Below are positions 12,476 through 25,195 of a DNA stretch of 64,000 nt, one piece after another (positions within the stretch are counted from its first letter, which is position 1; every line of letters begins with the position of its first letter). The position numbers and the translations under genes were made by a program. The stretch covers positions 63,302,001-63,366,000 of the forward strand of contig NC_079166.1 in the NCBI RefSeq assembly GCF_947568905.1, in the 5' to 3' direction. The notes below the pieces were generated by a model that saw only the letters and a program-made list of their open reading frames with translations, did no database searches and had not been told where the DNA came from. The stretch comes from Ostrea edulis. Taxonomy: Eukaryota.

Positions 12476-13029
12476 TAGGTCTTAGAATGAGGATGTGGTT
12501 TTTTTTATTTTAATGAACCTGGATTTCCTTCATCCAAGCATGCATTTTGTCTAGTTCGCTTTAGATTGGCACTGTGGTTCTTGAGAAATAGAAAATGTTA
12601 AAATGTAGAGACGACAAACATAGATTGAAACTGTTATTCCACTCAGGACCTTACACGAGGCATGATAGTACAAACAGAGAATTAATCAACACAAGAAGCG
12701 GGTAACGAATGGGCATGAAAACATTTACATTTATAGGAAGCTGTTGTTAGTCCCGATACTGTGTGCTTGTCTTCACGCTTTACGAGGATTTTTTCGCTCA
12801 TGTAGTCACATAGAGACCTCACCAGCTTTAGGTGAAGAGCCACAAATTTTGACTCTCTTCTTAAATGCATGCTTGCATCAAGAGAATTTTTATTTCGTAG
12901 CTTAAAACATTTTCCTTGCAATAAGATGTGTATCACTATATCGTATTGTCATATTCAAGGTTTGAATTTAGTCAACTTTCACCCACCCAATATAAAATAA
13001 TTAATTTATATATAGCGACTTATATATCG

Positions 13030-13232
13030 TGATAATTTTTCACTCATATGGAGACGTCACCACCGCCAGTGAAGGACTGCAAAATAGGAGGGAGGGATCT
13101 TTATCGTTCCACATCTGCTGTGACACGGGGCCTCGGTTTTTGCGGTCTCATTCGAAAGACTGCCCCATTTATTCGTCTCTTACGACAAGCAAGGAGTAAT
13201 GAGGACCTATTCTAATCCGGATCCCCATGGGT
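13030..13232 (-). mobile_element. SINE-like family B, partial copy (non-tRNA-type head)
   Basis: cactcatatggagacgtcacc...gaggacctattctaatccggatcccc matches copies at 15025, 29974, 41609, 53310, 53820 and 57590. Confidence 0.8.
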
Positions 13233-14443
13233 AAGAAGAGGAATATAATTATAACAATAAAACACAATTAAATGAAATCAAATTGGCAGTTAGACATAAG
13301 ATGTAAAATCTGTAAAATTATCAAAATAAAACACTATAATTAAGATCGGTAAGCAAGGTTTTGTGTTTGATAATTAAAACAGTCACAGTTTATACATGTT
13401 AGACTCTAAAATCTCCATAGTTATATATACCATGCTTTGAATTGGGACCACCTTTCTGTAATTCTGATTTAAAATGGTTTTACAATTGGTTTAGCTTGCT
13501 TTTCAGTACTTATTCAATGATATCGCGATATTTCAAGACGCAAACTGCCAAAGCATTTAACACATTTAGTAATGTTAGCTGTCCATAACCTACAGCTACT
13601 AATTGACCCAGGGACCCTGAAGTTAAGTGTTTGGTCTACGTCCCCTACCTTACAACTACACACCTACTTAAATCCTTCATGTTAAAAATTCATACATATT
13701 TACTCAATAGAACTTAGAACCACTCTTACAAAGGTCTATGAAATTCCCAATTTTGGTAAAAACTTCCATGCGCATTCTTTACAGTTTGTAAACACGTGTA
13801 AAGATTATGTTTCAACATTTGAAATTAAGGTTTACAATATCACTATCTAAACCTCCCACCCTAGGATCGAACTTCCGATTCAGAGGTATAAATGTATATA
13901 TATACCATACATTTGCTTTGCATACTAGCGTCTTTACAAACTTTAAAAATTTGGATCAATTTCAAATTTAGCTAGGTTTGGACCACTGAACCTGAATTTC
14001 ACACTTTAGGCTCGTTTCTTAGATGTCGCTAACCAAAATCAGTCCCTGATTAAATAAGCTTCCAACGTACCCTCTGTCGTTGTGTCAAGGTCATCTCCTG
14101 AGTTAGCGAGCGACGAACAGACACCATAGAATTTTTCACTGCAAGACACGTCATAGTAAATGCCAGTCGTTCCATATATTGTAATGCAGGTGTCCAAATC
14201 ACTTTTAGGCTCTGTACTAGCATAATGGCTGAAGGTATCTTCCTCTCCCGATAGTGTGTACAAGCGGCCGGCAGACTCTGTGTATCCCAGATAATAATCC
14301 TCTGACAGAACCCTGAAAATCCACACAGAAACCCCCAGAAATTGGCACATATTTCAAGATATTTCTTATAACATGTTACTGACACAACCAAAAACTTTTG
14401 ATCAACAAGCAATATGTATTATTGAATAGAAAGCACGATAAAT

Positions 14444-14616
14444 CATAGGCGTAGCTTGGGTTCGAATATTACCGAGGCAGGGGGTGTGGGGGGCGCAGCC
14501 CCCCCCCCCCCACCCACCCAAAAGCTATCGACATTTTAACAACGTAAAAGGTGTTGTGTTTTTTTTTTTTTACCGAGGCAGCTGCCTCGGTTGCCTCAAT
14601 GGAAGCTACGCCACTG
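14444..14616. mobile_element. MITE with CAGTGGCGTAGCTT-type TIRs and a 5-bp TSD (TAAAT)
   Basis: cataggcgtagctt ... aagctacgccactg, flanked by taaat at 14439-14443 and 14617-14621. Confidence 0.75.
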
Positions 14617-15024
14617 TAAATTATACATGTACATATATATTACAATTTTGGTGGAGTTATGCCCCTTAAGCGTTTAGTTGATTTTTAAGACATCTTAACG
14701 ACATTTTTCTTAGCAGAATGTATAATCATAAAATAAATCTTTCCAGACCAACATATAAATCTACCAACCCATGTTCCGATCTCAAACTTTGAACAGCATC
14801 AAATACACCCGTGCTCGGAATGTAGGCCATGAGTCCGTTCTTAGCTCGGCAATGCAAGTCATTGTCTGTGAAATTCATGGCTATGGAGTTCAACCAAAAG
14901 CAGGCCACAGAGTTGTCAGGAAATTAAGACGTATAATTTACTGGGCAAGTTGTCATCACACGGTGTGAGTCCTGCAATATCATAAATATAAAGAAACTCA
15001 ATTTTCGATGTCATCACTCAGGAA

Positions 15025-15061
15025 TGATTGATTTGATTGTATATTGTTTAATGTCCCGCTT

Positions 15062-15097
<36 letters not shown>

Positions 15098-15290
15098 AGG
15101 TGAAGGGCTGAAAAACGTAGGCCTATGCTGGTGCTTACGGCTTTTGAGCAGGGAGGGATGTCTTACGTGTCACACCTGCTGTAACATGGGGTCTAGGATT
15201 TTACGGTCTCTTTCAAAGGACCGCTGCGATTAGTCGCCTTTTACGGCAAGCTAATGGTACTGAGGACCTATTCTAACCCGGATCCCCACT
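15025..15290 (-). mobile_element. SINE-like family B, near full length
   Basis: (GATT)n tail at the left and aacccggatcccc head at the right; central gtggcacg-type conserved domain. Confidence 0.8.
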
Positions 15291-17167
15291 AGACGCAATA
15301 TCATACAGATACAGTGTGTTATTGCCATTCAAGATCCTCGAGAGCTATAGTATAATTTCATCAATCAAGAACGATTATTTTCAAATTTCAATTTCTTTTT
15401 ATGATATATTTCTTCGATATATCTCTTTTCTAACCGACATGTTTTTTTGAAGATTTTATCCGTAGATATTTAAAAAAATGTTAACAAATAGCGTTTTCAA
15501 TTTTCATAAATATTTTTTCTATAAAATTGGAACGTTTATATCTGAATATTTTAGCCATGTTTTATTACATATTCATATCATGCACCAAATCACAGCGAAA
15601 TCTGGACTTTAGAATCTCTAATTAGCAAACAAAACACCCTTTTTATCATTCCGGGAAAAACAAAAAAGAAAATAATATAAAATAATTGAGAGCCTGTATC
15701 ATTCTTTCGATGGTGAAATCATACTTCATAAGAGGTGTTTTAAAGAGCCATTGAATACAAATTTAGTGTACCGGTAATGAGCTACTTTATGTTGGAACAT
15801 ATGAAATTCTTAAGTTTGATTTTATTTCCACTTAGAATACGAAGTTTAGTAAAACTTGTTCCTGGACGTATACCTTCCACTTTTCGGTAATGACCTAGAT
15901 GTTGATCAAAGAAACATGGACATACCCACTGTGGTATGTGTTTGTAATGTTTTCTGTGCAAATTATGGATTTTACGACAATGTCTCTGTGATCTTCACTA
16001 AGGTATGATCATAAGTATCAGGGGTCGAAATTAACTTTTTCTACCACAGGCTAATTTTAGCCTGTGAGTAAAAAATCCACAGGCTAAAATGAAAACCTAC
16101 AAGCTAAAATAAAAATAATGAATCAGTGCTATTTTTTTTATATATTTTTTTTAAATCAATGGTTTTCCCCATCATTACTGAGCCTAGTGGGTCAACAGGC
16201 ATCGTTTGGACAAGACAATAAATTACGCAAGTCATATGGTGCAATGTTTAGGTCTCTTGATTATCGCACCTCTAATCCACAACCTGTTTACTGCAGGTCT
16301 AGATCCAGTCTTCCAATTTCATGCCACATCAGGGTTGTCACTAGTGATTTTTCAAAGCGAATACCGGAGTCATGGTTTTTTAATCAGCAGGATCACGAGT
16401 TCCATGAACGTTTTTGATAATCGTTTACGTGGTGAGCAATGCAGTCGTATCATCACTACAACCCGACCTCAATATGACAATAAATTTAGATAGGACATTC
16501 TCATGATTCTGATAAAAATAACTACTGGAAGACTTGGTAAAACATAGACTCCGATATTTTGTTTTAGATAAATGAATAACAAAAACCTCATACTTGAAAT
16601 TCAATTTAATCACCCCTATAGGAATGTCATTAGTATGCACATGTTATAACATTTACATTTATGAAGTCTAAACCATCACAAAAACATACTCTCTAAACTT
16701 GCCAGTGAGTGTGGCCTACACCACACAAAAGTCGCGTTGGTCGTAAACTATTTTTTCTGTCAAACATGAGTATTATGAAGATTTACCAATGCTATAATGA
16801 TTTTGTTCTTAAATATATATGGATTTATAACTCGTTTCAAATGATCATCAATGTTGCTTTACTGTGACTATTCAGAAAGCCTCGATAGTTCAAATTTATC
16901 AAAAGTACAAACTGTACTACCCAAGTGGAATTCTTCGAACATTCAAAGAAAGAAAATTACACCATATTAAAGTAATTCCGCGTAGCTTTTTTTTTTTTTA
17001 AAATAAAAAAGGCTTTTTTTTTTTATTTATTGTCACTAATTTTATGTTTACATTGATTTACCATATATGCAGAGACTCCGAACAAACGATGTATGAACAC
17101 CGAATGCAACTCGGTGAGCGAACGGAGTTTATGAAAAGTGAACGGTGAGTGATAGGTGAATACAAGA

Positions 17168-17420
17168 TGAAAGGTGAAGATAACGAATAGTGATTAATCT
17201 CATAACTCCTATAAGCAATACAAAATATACAGTTGGGCAAACAAGGACCTCTGGGTATACCAGAGGCGGGAGCAAGTGCCTAGGAGGAGTAAGCATCCCC
17301 TTTCGAACGGTCACATCCGCTATAAGCCCTATATCTTGATCAGATAAACGGAGTTATCCATAGTCAAAATCAGTGTACCAAAAACAGTCTAAGAATTGGT
17401 ATAAAACACATACGTCAGAC
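17168..17420 (-). mobile_element. Penelope-like 3' fragment
   Basis: atgaaaggtgaagataacgaatagtg terminus and shared body. Confidence 0.8.
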
Positions 17421-17649
17421 TATTTGTTCGGAAAGTCTCTTGTGTTTTCCATGCATTATACTTATGATGAATATAAAATAAGTATAGACTCATATGATGT
17501 GAGAAAGATGATATATCCGTTCATTGATCACATCAAAGCAAACCTTTCAACCAACTTATAAAGTGTTTTACGAAGGAACCACAAGACAGACAAACGACCA
17601 ATCGACAAGGAATGAAAGAGAGGAGGAAATCTCAAAATTTATGCGCAAT

Positions 17650-18560
17650 ATTAAGTCAAAGAAATAACCAGGAATGGACAATATGCATTCAAGATTTCTG
17701 AGCGACTGACATTCCGAGCTAGCAAAACCACTGTCGTTAATATTCAACAGATCATTAGAGCTCTGACAGCTAGGATCAGTGGCACTTTTATAAATAGGAA
17801 ACTCATAATTAACAGGCAACAACAGGCCAGTGAGTGTGACATCTGCTTATGTAGAGTTATTCAAAATCTTGTTAGGAACAATCGCATAGACCAATTCACA
17901 AACAACACTATTTTACCACAAAACAATATGTATTCATGTCTGGAAGGTCTACTGCAATACAACAAATCAAAGTAATGGACCGCTACTCTTGATAATGAGA
18001 ATGACATAGATTAAAATTCACAGGATAGGGATTATCAAAAGTCATTCAATACAGTCTTTTATACAAGACTAATTAAGAAACTAGAAGCATACAATGTTTG
18101 GGGAAAAGACTGATAGAAAGGATGGGAAACTACTGAATCAGTCAATGGGGAAGTACATGAAAGGTGAAGATAACGAACAATGCTCAATCTAAAAAAATCA
18201 CATAAGCAATACAAAATAGAGAGTTGGGCAAACATGGACATGTATCAGAATGGTATGATATGACTTAAGGAATCCCACAAGGCTTGGTCCTGGGTCCACC
18301 ACTGTTTGTGATCGTTATCAATGATATATCGTATACAGTGGAATAATCAGTGTATATATTTGTGAATAACATAAAAATATTCAAACTGATACAAACTTAA
18401 AGAAGACAAGGACAGCCTGTAACAAGACTTAGAGAGACTTACAGAATGGAGTATCACAGTTTTACTAGACTTTGGTTGTCATAAAAACCATTTTTGGAGA
18501 TATATTTTTGATGTTTTATAATTAATGATACTGCTGAAAAGCTTGTAATCAATTATTCAA
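17650..18560 (+). mobile_element. Decayed CR1/L2-clade LINE reverse transcriptase, interrupted by a Penelope-like 3' tip (18157-18242)
   Basis: Degenerate translation: PGMDNMHSRFL..ELAKPLSLIFNRSL ... RPVSVTS ... FMSGRSTAIQ ... GIPQGLVLGPPLFVIVIND. Many stops and frameshifts. Confidence 0.8.
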
Positions 18561-20294
18561 ACAATTTTTAACCATTTGACAGAAATTTGCCCAAGTTACG
18601 TCTCCATAAACGTGACCCGCAGCATACGAAAGCTGTAGATACAAAATGTTAGATCAGAGGGGACAAGTGGTGTGAGGATATGTTTTAATTAATATTCTCT
18701 ACAAACCATCCCCCCCCTAATTCGAAAGAGAGTATTAGATAGGTGTCCCTATAGATATACCTAACACAGTACATGTTCTCTTCTAGACATTGTGAAGACG
18801 TCCTAACTTAATAGGTTTCATTGTGTAAAGAACGTCTCGGGTATGTGTATATCTGTTACATACATGTAACACTTCCTGTCTGCTTCAACGCCCAAGACCT
18901 CGATCAGCGCATGCTCTACCCGTGAAACTGCTAAGACAACATTAGATTAGCCAAACAAACACCGCTTGGTAATCAATAAAAATAAAGCATCAATCTAATT
19001 AAAATAAAATATTAATTGGATCCAATTTTCAAATTTTAATTACATTTTTGGGGCTTTGAACATCTGAGAGAGGGGAAAAAAACGCAATGCATATTTTGAA
19101 GGAGGTAATATAATACCAAAAAGTAGATAACAAGTAAAACACAGTTTTGGGGTAAACGCCACCCCTGTCGTATATGTGTGGCCTTACTCTACAACGTATA
19201 TTAAATTTTGATTTAACATGCAATTAGAGAGTAGTTTTGATGATACTGACATTCATATGTACCGTAATAAAAGGAATTAGTAAGTTGTAAGCGAGGAAAT
19301 CAGCACTTGACGATGAAATTAAAAACAAACACCCTAGTTTAATTACTGGTAAAATTTGTTGGGTATAGGTAATTGTAAACTGATAAGCAGATTGCATGCC
19401 CTGGAGTAGAGACATTACCTATTCGACGCGTTCAACATATTCACACTGGGTCTTCTCCCCCGTGTGTTGTTTTAAGAACACGTGCAGCAGGTACCCAGCA
19501 GGTGTACATATAAACGATGTTCGATTGAAATGAGAAAACAAAAATCTTTCTTTTAGCATAATATAAAATATACATTTTTTTTTATTCTTAAAACATACAA
19601 AATAATATTTTGTTATTAATAAATTTTTGAACCAATTCTCGAAGTCTACACAAACACCATTAAAACAGACAGAACATATTAATCTTGCACTCGTATACGG
19701 TCATTTGTAGATCTATTTGTATTATTTTTTCACTGTAAAAGATATTAGGACACAGCTCCTAATCCTTATCATTAAATGTAGCATAAAAATACTATTAAAA
19801 ACAAAATTAAATGCTGGGTTTTTTGTTTTGTTTTTGGTTTTTTGTTTTGGTTTTTTTAGAATAAAAAAATTGGAGGTGTATTAAATATGCTAAATCCTAA
19901 GTATATCTGGTTTTAGTAGGTCCCTGATTTTATTTTTCATTTTTTAAAACAAATGATTTATTTAATATACCGGTATGTAATGCGAGATAGCTGTCCATAA
20001 CCAAGCCGTACTCATTTTCTGCCGACGAATGAAATAGCTATCGTACAGTTAGTTTGTCCTAACAGGTAAATAACGGTACTTCAAGCCGCGGCGGTATAAA
20101 TCTGCCCCGCGATGAAATCTCGCGGAGGGATAGCGCGGGAAGGATTAACATACAGGGGGGGGGGGGGGGGTGCGGTCTAATTACGGGATCCGCGATGGCT
20201 CTACTGTATCTATCTATCTATCTACATATATATATACAGAAATAGCAAATAACTCTTAAATGAACATAACTGTCCTAAGTGAAGAAATATTTGA

Positions 20295-21821
20295 TATAAA
20301 GCACAGAACAATTCACTTTATTTGGATACCCACTCCCGCCCCTACCCGGGGTTGAACTCACGACCTGCGGAACCAAATCTCCTAGCAGCGCGTAACCAAC
20401 GCGCAAGACCGCTCGACCATCTAGGCAAGTCATCGAAAGCAAGTTTCCTGACTTGCCTAGATGGTTGAGCGGTCTAGTGCGTTGGTTACGCGCTGCTAGG
20501 GGATTTGGTTCCACAGGTCGTGAGTTCAACCCCGGGTAGGGGCGGGAGTGGGGGTACCTGTAAAGTGCGAAACGAAATCGAAACGAAACGAAATGAAATC
20601 TACCGAAACGAAACGAAACGTACCGAAACGAAACCTACCGAAACGAAACGAAACAGATTGTATAACCGAACTCTTTTAATTATAATAATTAAAAATGGTA
20701 TCTTAGGCCCCTGTGAAAGTTACCACATATAAATAAAATTCGCCTCCCCTTTGATGTAGGCTTTCGGCTTGACTGTTACAAAGTTTTAAAAGCTGGAAAG
20801 GGGGGAGTAAGCACAAAGTACATATCCGTAGTTGATTAAATGCCATGCACAATTAGTTTCGGATCCATAAATTTCAGAACCGAAGGTTACAGTCTCAGAG
20901 ATCTGGGGAAACACACTATACGAGGGGTGGGGTCGCCGACGTTGGATCCGCCTTTGGGCATAGATACATTGTTTGAAGAAGCTGGTGTCTGAGAAAATTG
21001 AAAGCAGGAAGAGCTCTTAACCTCTTATTTTATCTCTAACTGCTGAGGTGCGAGTACTTTCAATAATGGAAAAACTCTATACATTTTGGGTGTTGCTAAG
21101 ACGGGGAATTGAAAACGGGACGGAAAACGGAATTTTTTTAATGCAATAATATTAGGAGGAGGTCGGCATTTTGTAAACTGAAAAGGCTTATGAACAAGGG
21201 AATTTTAAGCAGAAATCACAAAGAGAACGGGAGGACATATTCAGAATCCACCGTTTGATATACTACATACAAATACACAATATCCACATGTATACATATA
21301 TTTGTCTTTAGAGCAAAAAATACTGAAACATGTATTCATGCCCAAAAGCGGATCCAACGCCGACGACCCCATCCCTCGTTTAGTGTGTTTCCCCAGACTT
21401 CTGACCTGTGAGACTGTAACCTTCCGTTCTGAAATTTATGGATCCGAAGCTAATTGCACATGGTATCTATGTACTTTGTGCTTACCCCCCCCTTCCAACT
21501 TTTAAAACTTTGTATCAGTCAAGTCGAAAGCCAACATCAAAGGGGAGGCGAATTTTATTTATATGTGTAAACTTTAACAGGGGCCTAAGATACCATTTTT
21601 AATTATTACAATTAAAAGAGTTCGATTATACAATGTTTCGTTTCGTTTCGGTAGGTTTCGTTTCGTTTCGGTGGGTTTCGTTTCGTTTCGGTGGGTTTCG
21701 TTTCGGCAGATTTCGTTTCGTTTCGGTAGATTTCGTTTCGTTTCGTTTCGATTTCGTTTCGCACTTTACAGGTACCCCGGGAGTGGGTATCCAAATAAAG
21801 TGAAATTTTCTGTGCTTTATA
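20295..21821. mobile_element. Inverted (head-to-head) dimer of a tRNA-derived SINE-like unit with 138-bp arms and a 16-bp spacer; the right arm is split by an insertion
   Basis: Left arm 20295-20432. Right arm 20449-20551 plus 21787-21821. 7 mismatches in 138 bp by manual comparison. A-box TGGT(C/T)GAGCGG, B-box-like GAGTTCAACCCC, and an AATAAA/T-rich end. Confidence 0.85.
20552..21777. mobile_element. Foldback/Mutator-like non-autonomous element with about 420-bp TIRs containing (GAAAC)n and a 9-bp TSD
   Basis: gggtacctg ... caggtaccc ends. TSD cgggagtgg at 20543-20551 and 21778-21786. Arms 20552-20970 and 21327-21777 are reverse complements. Confidence 0.9.
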
Positions 21822-21857
21822 ATATATATATATATGTGTGTGAATGAATGAATGAAT

Positions 21858-22300
21858 GATACAATACCTTTAGTGACATAGTGCTCAAGGTACACAGAGA
21901 TTCCTAGAAATATCCTGACAATATTTACTGTAATCATACCCACCGTCCACTCTAACCCGACTGTCACCTTGATCGGGTACTCAGGGATTTTTAAGAACAC
22001 AACTAATCGATAACACTATTTTAGCAATGTTTGTACAGTGTATGAACGGAACATTTCAGAAAAGTTCGGTCATTACCGAGGGTGTCATTACTCTTCACAA
22101 ATATGGTAGTATGACATGTAAATACATGTAGAATAAAATACCTTTGCTGACATAGTGCTCGAGGTACACAGAGGTTACTAGAAATGTCCTGGCTATATTT
22201 GCTGTAATTATGGCTATTGTCCACTCTAACCTCGAGGATTTTTGAAAACACACAACTAATCGCTAATACAGGTAACACCGTTTTAGCAATGTTTGTATGA
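21858..22300. repeat. Diverged tandem duplication (copies at about 21858-22040 and 22133-22300)
   Basis: aataccttt..tgacatagtgctc.aggtacacagag..ctagaaat..cctg occurs twice, about 275 bp apart. Confidence 0.8.
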
Positions 22301-22644
22301 ATGACGCTAGAAATTGCTCAGTCAACAGAGGAATAATCATCACCAATTGGTAAATATTTAGTGATTCTAAGATAATTTTTGTAATGGACTTTGATTATAT
22401 AACTTTTTAAACAATAAAACCAATCCTTGTGTACTAAGTTTTAAATCTGAAGTTAATCTATAAGTAACATTAAATATCATCGTGTCCATTTCACCTTTCT
22501 CGGTATTGCATTCAAGAAAATCCTGAAACCTCTGTTGAAATTTCTGTTTTGATTTTTAGAGTAAATAGAATGATATTGACAGGGTCTTCCTACTCAGCAG
22601 CATTCGTACATGTATCATAAAACCTTCCCAATAAAATGAAAACT

Positions 22645-22870
22645 AGACTTCTGTCACCTGTAATCAGTATTTCATAGACCTGTATATATAGACTTCTGTC
22701 ACCTGTAATCAGTATTTTTATACACCTGTATATATAGACTTCTGTCACCTGTAATCAGTATTTTTATAGACCTCTGTAACTAGTGTATATATAGGCTTCT
22801 GTAGTCTGTAATCAGTATTTTATAGACCTCTGTAACTAGTGTATATATATATACTTCTGTACCGAGTAAT
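22645..22870. repeat. Minisatellite, variable unit of about 40-50 bp (gacttctgtcacctgtaatcagtattt...tatata)
   Basis: About five tandem degenerate copies are visible. Confidence 0.8.
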
Positions 22871-24559
22871 ACTAGACTATATTAAATATTAACCGGTACC
22901 TACAAGGCAGTCAATACATGTTACTATGTGTGCGTCAGAGACACGTGTGAAGCAGGTGTAATCCATGTAAGTACAGTGTCTTTATAAACAGATGGGCAGA
23001 AATACTACTTGCAGTTCGGTGTCGATCCGGGTCCTCACGGGATTACTACATGCACATGTATGTAAGGAGATATGCATTGTAATGGGAAATTAAAACTACA
23101 ATAACTTGCTTGCCCTACATATTCCTGACATTTCATAAACTAGTTCTTAGTTTTGTTTTTATTTACCATGGAAAAATGGATTAACACGTGGAATAACATT
23201 GCTAATTTTGAGACGTTGACAGGTACATGTATATATATGAATGTAAGGAATGATAACTCTGACTGGGAGGAGATTGGTTTTGCATCTGGAAGACGTAAAT
23301 GCGGGAACCAGTGACGGTTTACGCTTCGATTGACGTTTCGACTCAAACATGCTTGAAATTACGTAATATACAAGCTATTTCCACATGAATGTATGTATCT
23401 GTCACATGAATTACAATACGAGTAACCCATTTTTTGATGACCTCTATTGGCGGTAGGAAAAAAAAACAAAATTTCGAAGTCGGATAATTTGGAAAAATTA
23501 GATAATACGAATATTAATTCTTGGAATGCTTTTTGACAATTTACTCTGAATACACTTATCTTTCTGTTCATATTAACGAGATTGGTTTTAAAATAAATAT
23601 CTAGATACAAATTTTAGAAAAGATAATATCGTTATCACTGCTTTTCGGGGTCTGTTACTCATCTTGTCCATAACTTCCCCCATGACAAAAACTCTCCTAC
23701 GATTTAAACATATTTGTATTGAGGGTCTCCCATACCACGACACGTACCGTTTAGAGACGGATGTATAAAAACGTTTCTGTGTCTTGCTGTGTTTTCCTTT
23801 ATCGTCTAAAATCATTAAACTTCACACTAAGACTCGCCATGGGATAAATTGATATAGGTCACGTGAACCGGCGTCAAGACCATAAACTGAGAACAGAATT
23901 ATTTAAAAAAAAAAAATGAATAAATGATTACTTATATATCTTAAGATTATGTAGCACAGATGTGGTTTTTTTTTAAATCAAGTTTATAAAGAATTCACAT
24001 GCAAACATATACTTTATAGTACTGAAAATTTTATTTGTTTATGAAAATTATTTCAAAAGTTAGCTGGATTTGAATATTAGAAACCTCAGTTTATGGTCGT
24101 GAGGCCAGGACTCTGATATACGAAATGCCGTAAGTGATTTCTCCTTTCACTTAGATTCACTGCACGGAAGGACGGAGGCATTTTCCACGATCCACTTTTG
24201 TGTTATCTGCCCAGTTTGTCGGTTATCTTATTACATGTTTTATAAAAGAATAATATACTGAACTGCAATCTTTCATACAATATATGCAGTAAGTATTAAT
24301 ACAAATGAAGGCTGTATTCTAGTGTAGCTGTAAATTGCGCCGTTAATTATTTGTCCAAGTCTTATTCATTTCACTCCTGGAAGATAGAAACATTTCTATA
24401 TGGGATAATACAGAACATATAATGAAGTGCGTTGTTAAATATGAACGACTAGGGCAATACTGCAGATATCACTTTGCACTTATGAAGTTTGTAATTATAT
24501 AAAAATAAGCATCGTTGATCGATTGATGTTTTCTGCCACACTCAACAATATTTCAATTA

Positions 24560-24730
24560 TCTGATGGCGCCCAGTTTTTATTGGTGGAAGAGAGAACCCA
24601 GATACAATGTACCTGGGAAGACCACCGACCTTCCGAAAGTAAACTGGGGAACTTTCTCACCGGCGCGAGCTGGATTCGAACTCACGCCGGCAGAGGTGAG
24701 AGACCGTGTGATTTTGAGCGTCTCGGATAC
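24560..24730 (-). mobile_element. tRNA-derived SINE remnant, possibly V-domain type
   Basis: B-box in reverse (ggattcgaactc) plus a ggtggaagagagaacc...cctgggaagaccaccgacc segment resembling the V-SINE core as recalled. Confidence 0.45.
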
Positions 24731-25195
24731 CCAAATTTTGTTGTTAAGCAAGAGAGAATATGTTTTAAATTGATATGATAGCCTATCATAGGATCACATA
24801 GATTTTATACCTAAGAACCATGAAAAAACTGATTATGTGAACTGTTGTGTATAATAAAACGATAGATACAAAATGGACATACATTCAAGTGCAACAATGA
24901 TTCAATGTGTCACGTTTAATTTCAGGTATATTCCGCTTTGAACCAATAGGCTTCACGTGATGAGAGAGTTAGTACAGTTAGAGAGACAGTCTGCCATGTA
25001 TTCACAATATGTAACTAGTGACAGCTTCCTTCATAAAATCAGAATTTCTGACCTTTCAAATCATTATCATTCATAAATGGACATTTATTCATGTCTATAA
25101 AAATCCATTTCATAAATGTTTGTCATGGAAAAACAAATGAATTCCTGGAAAACAATCCCTGAAAGCAATCACAACGTTTGAGATCAACCCCTTCT

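Larger units (their letters stand above)
9282..14971 (-). pseudogene. Type I transmembrane C-type lectin receptor with an in-frame stop; complement(join(9282..9613,14071..14312,14769..14971)); 5' signal exon not located
   Basis: Junctions are phase-compatible (GG|gttggt..ttcag|G; G|gtacgt..tgcag|AG) and give 777 nt. CTLD features: CPVNY..ACFWL, HCRAKNG, YYLGY, EPK..C..YYDVSC..VC. These are followed by an S/T-rich stalk, CxCxC, and the TM segment IGVLGACLLGIPFGLIILL. TAA at 14924-14926, and the other two frames of that exon are also closed. Confidence 0.75.

Noticed and set aside
16019-16493. 95-aa plus-strand ORF (16206-16493) behind a hAT-like left end (caggggtcgaaattaac)
   Set aside because: No recognisable domain, no matching right TIR, and a length within the chance range for this window. 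The faint lectin-like W..G..W pattern on the minus strand has many stops.
20449-20545. Possible functional tRNA genes in the inverted dimer
   Set aside because: The acceptor and T stems do not pair cleanly and there is no canonical 7-nt anticodon loop, so it is treated as tRNA-derived. tRNAscan-SE would be decisive.
20505-22000. ORFs with ETKRN/TETKRN repeats (20505-20732, 21612-21794, 21626-22000; also 61449-61673)
   Set aside because: They are translations of the (GAAAC)n tract in transposon TIRs.
21858-22300. Duplicated hydrophobic minus-strand frames ending in AAAG|GTATT as candidate signal-peptide exons of the lectin gene
   Set aside because: No in-frame ATG or good acceptor, differences between copies are mostly non-synonymous, and the phase-1 donor does not fit the phase-0 lectin exon.
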